A stretch of 64,000 nt of DNA from Candidatus Poribacteria bacterium. Its GTDB lineage: Bacteria; Poribacteria; WGA-4E; WGA-3G. Under the pieces are notes generated by a model that was not told where the DNA came from, ran no database searches, and worked only from the letters and a program-made list of their open reading frames with translations. Below are positions 62,205-64,000 of this stretch, piece by piece. The position numbers were made by a program, and so were the translations under genes. How positions within the stretch are numbered: the first letter of the stretch is position 1; each line of letters starts with the position of its first letter. Where the stretch lies: assembly GCA_964291315.2 (NCBI GenBank), contig OZ219753.1, positions 1,728,001 to 1,792,000 on the forward strand, written 5' to 3'.

Positions 62205-63207
62205 GCGCGTGCTCGCTGCACTTCGTAATGAACCTACCGATCGCACACCCGTTTGCAACCCTACATCCGTAGCGACTGTTGAACTGATGGATCTAGTCGA
62301 TGCCCCGTTCCCACAAGCGAATCGAGAACCCCAGCTCATGGCACGCCTCGCCGCAACAGGATACACCGAACTCGGATTCGACTCCATCATGCCGGTCTTC
62401 TCTATCATCCAAGAATCAAGCGCCCTCGGATGCAAAGTACAGTGGGAACAGAAAGACAACTGGCCCACCGTTAAAATGCGTGAACCGATCTGGGAAGATG
62501 CCGACGATATCGTTATTCCAGACAATTTCTTAACGCATCCAGATACCCGATGCGTCCTTGAAGCAATTAAAATCTTGAAAAAGGAGTATGGGGACGACGT
62601 CGCTATCATCGGAAAGACGATGGGACCCTGGTCGCTCGGTTATCACTGTTTCGGCGTCGAACCCTTCCTCTTGCTCTCTCTCGACGACCCCGGCAAAACA
62701 AAACTCGCACTAGAGCGGATGAAGGAAGCCACTGTCCAATTCGGTGTCGCTCAAATCGAGGCAGGCGCAGATGCACTCACCCTTCCCGACCACGCTACAG
62801 GCGATCTCGTCAGTGGAGAATACTACCAACGTTACCTCCAAGACCTTCACACCGAATTCGTCGAACGAATCCCTATCCCTTTGATCCTCCATATTTGTGG
62901 ACGCACCGTCGACCGTATGGAATATATCGCGCAAACGGGCATGGCAGCGTTCCATTACGACTCCAAAAACGAACCACAAGAATCCATGGACATCGTGAAA
63001 AAGCGAACCGCCCTCATCGGAAACATCAACAATCCAGAAACGCTGTTTGCCAAAGAACCAAAAGATGTTCAAGCGGAAGTTGTGAAAAACCTTGAAGCAG
63101 GCGTACCACTGATTGCACCCGAGTGCGCAATCCCGCTACAAACAACCATAGAGAACCTCCAAACAATCCCCAAAGCCGTCCATGAATGGCACCACACACA
63201 CGCATAA
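62167..63207 (+). CDS. MtaA/CmuA family methyltransferase (UroD fold)
   Basis: RERVLAAL, GPWSL, ILHICG, IGNIN, IAPEC zinc ligands. Confidence 0.85.
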   Translation: MENQAIKPMNGRERVLAALRNEPTDRTPVCNPTSVATVELMDLVDAPFPQANREPQLMARLAATGYTELGFDSIMPVFSIIQESSALGCKVQWEQKDNWPTVKMREPIWEDADDIVIPDNFLTHPDTRCVLEAIKILKKEYGDDVAIIGKTMGPWSLGYHCFGVEPFLLLSLDDPGKTKLALERMKEATVQFGVAQIEAGADALTLPDHATGDLVSGEYYQRYLQDLHTEFVERIPIPLILHICGRTVDRMEYIAQTGMAAFHYDSKNEPQESMDIVKKRTALIGNINNPETLFAKEPKDVQAEVVKNLEAGVPLIAPECAIPLQTTIENLQTIPKAVHEWHHTHA

Positions 63208-63228
63208 ACTGACATACGGAACACACAG

Positions 63229-63849
63229 ATGAAAAAATTGATCGTTTTACTAACAGCCAGCTTAATGTTCACACTTCTGAACCTCGGACACGCACAAAAT
63301 GCAGACTTTGATGCACTGAGCGCATCCGACATCAATACCGACGGCATTGTCAACATCCTCGACCTAACACTCATTGCTACACAATTTAACCAGACCGCCA
63401 TTGAAACTCAACAACCCAACCCAGACATCAATAGAGATGGCGTTATCGACATTCTTGACTTAACACTCGCGGCAAGCCATTTCGGGAGAAAATCAGGGTT
63501 CCCTTTTGAAGTCACAGACGCAAACTTTGATGAGATCGTCTTAGATGCTGAACTTCCAACTGTAGTGGAATTTAAATCTGACTCCTGTGGATTCTGCCTA
63601 CTGATGAAACCCACCGTTGCAGCAGTGGCACTGCAATACCGAGAAACCTTCAAGATCGTCAAGCTGGACGTAGATACCCAATCCGAAAAAACAGCTGAAT
63701 ATCAAATTTCGGGAACCCCCACTTATATCGTGTTTAAAGAAGGCGAAGTTATAAAAAGGTTTGCCGGGGCAATGTCCCGCCCCAAACTGGCTCAACAAAT
63801 CCTCGAAGCCTTAGACATCGAAAATACCGATGAAAACGGACAAAACTAA
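63229..63849 (+). CDS. Secreted dockerin-thioredoxin fusion
   Basis: Signal peptide; DINTDGIVNILDL and DINRDGVIDILDL; SCGFC and GTPT thioredoxin motifs. Confidence 0.85.
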   Translation: MKKLIVLLTASLMFTLLNLGHAQNADFDALSASDINTDGIVNILDLTLIATQFNQTAIETQQPNPDINRDGVIDILDLTLAASHFGRKSGFPFEVTDANFDEIVLDAELPTVVEFKSDSCGFCLLMKPTVAAVALQYRETFKIVKLDVDTQSEKTAEYQISGTPTYIVFKEGEVIKRFAGAMSRPKLAQQILEALDIENTDENGQN

Positions 63850-63874
63850 CCAATTTGATAAAAGGAGAAAATAG

Positions 63875-64000
63875 ATGAAGAAGCAGATGTGCTTGCTGCT
63901 AATACTAACGCTAACGCTCGGGGGGCTGACAGCAAGTTATGCCGAAGATAAACCCGCAGATACGCTAAAGGCAGCGGATGTTAATGCCGACGGCATAATA
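63875..64000 (+). CDS. Secreted dockerin-containing protein (truncated by the window end)
   Basis: AAGGAG RBS; MKKQMCLLLILTLTLGGLTASYAEDKPADTLKAADVNADGII. Confidence 0.65.
   Translation, partial: MKKQMCLLLILTLTLGGLTASYAEDKPADTLKAADVNADGII

Overview
Bacterial chromosomal window with about 50 CDSs and no rRNA, tRNA or CRISPR array detected by eye. The motif repertoire (LamG and lamin-tail proteins ending in KL(A/T)T(T/R)WG.L(K/R), an internalin-like LRR protein with an LLPNYPNPFNPETWIPYQL tail, dockerin fusions, several PhyH dioxygenases, MTase-nuclease fusions) suggests Candidatus Poribacteria or a relative; this is inference from remembered family patterns, not a search. Housekeeping genes (thyX, mtnP, argS, lysC, thrC, hemW, truA, murA, hisD, ruvC) are interspersed with catabolic enzymes and secreted proteins. 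Most notable: (1) a candidate C-terminal sorting signal shared by unrelated secreted proteins; (2) a tandem pair of large lamin-tail surface-protein genes with a ~630-nt structured leader, punctuated by IS982-type terminal repeats; (3) an internally deleted TnpB (IS200/IS605) element that keeps its promoter and right end; (4) a second C-terminal motif (EG.R.L.ASDP) on both neighbours of a GT39-type glycosyltransferase; (5) a mosaic 66-nt LRR array with an in-frame stop; (6) REP- and IS-end-derived promoters. Three genes carry single-base lesions that could be assembly errors.
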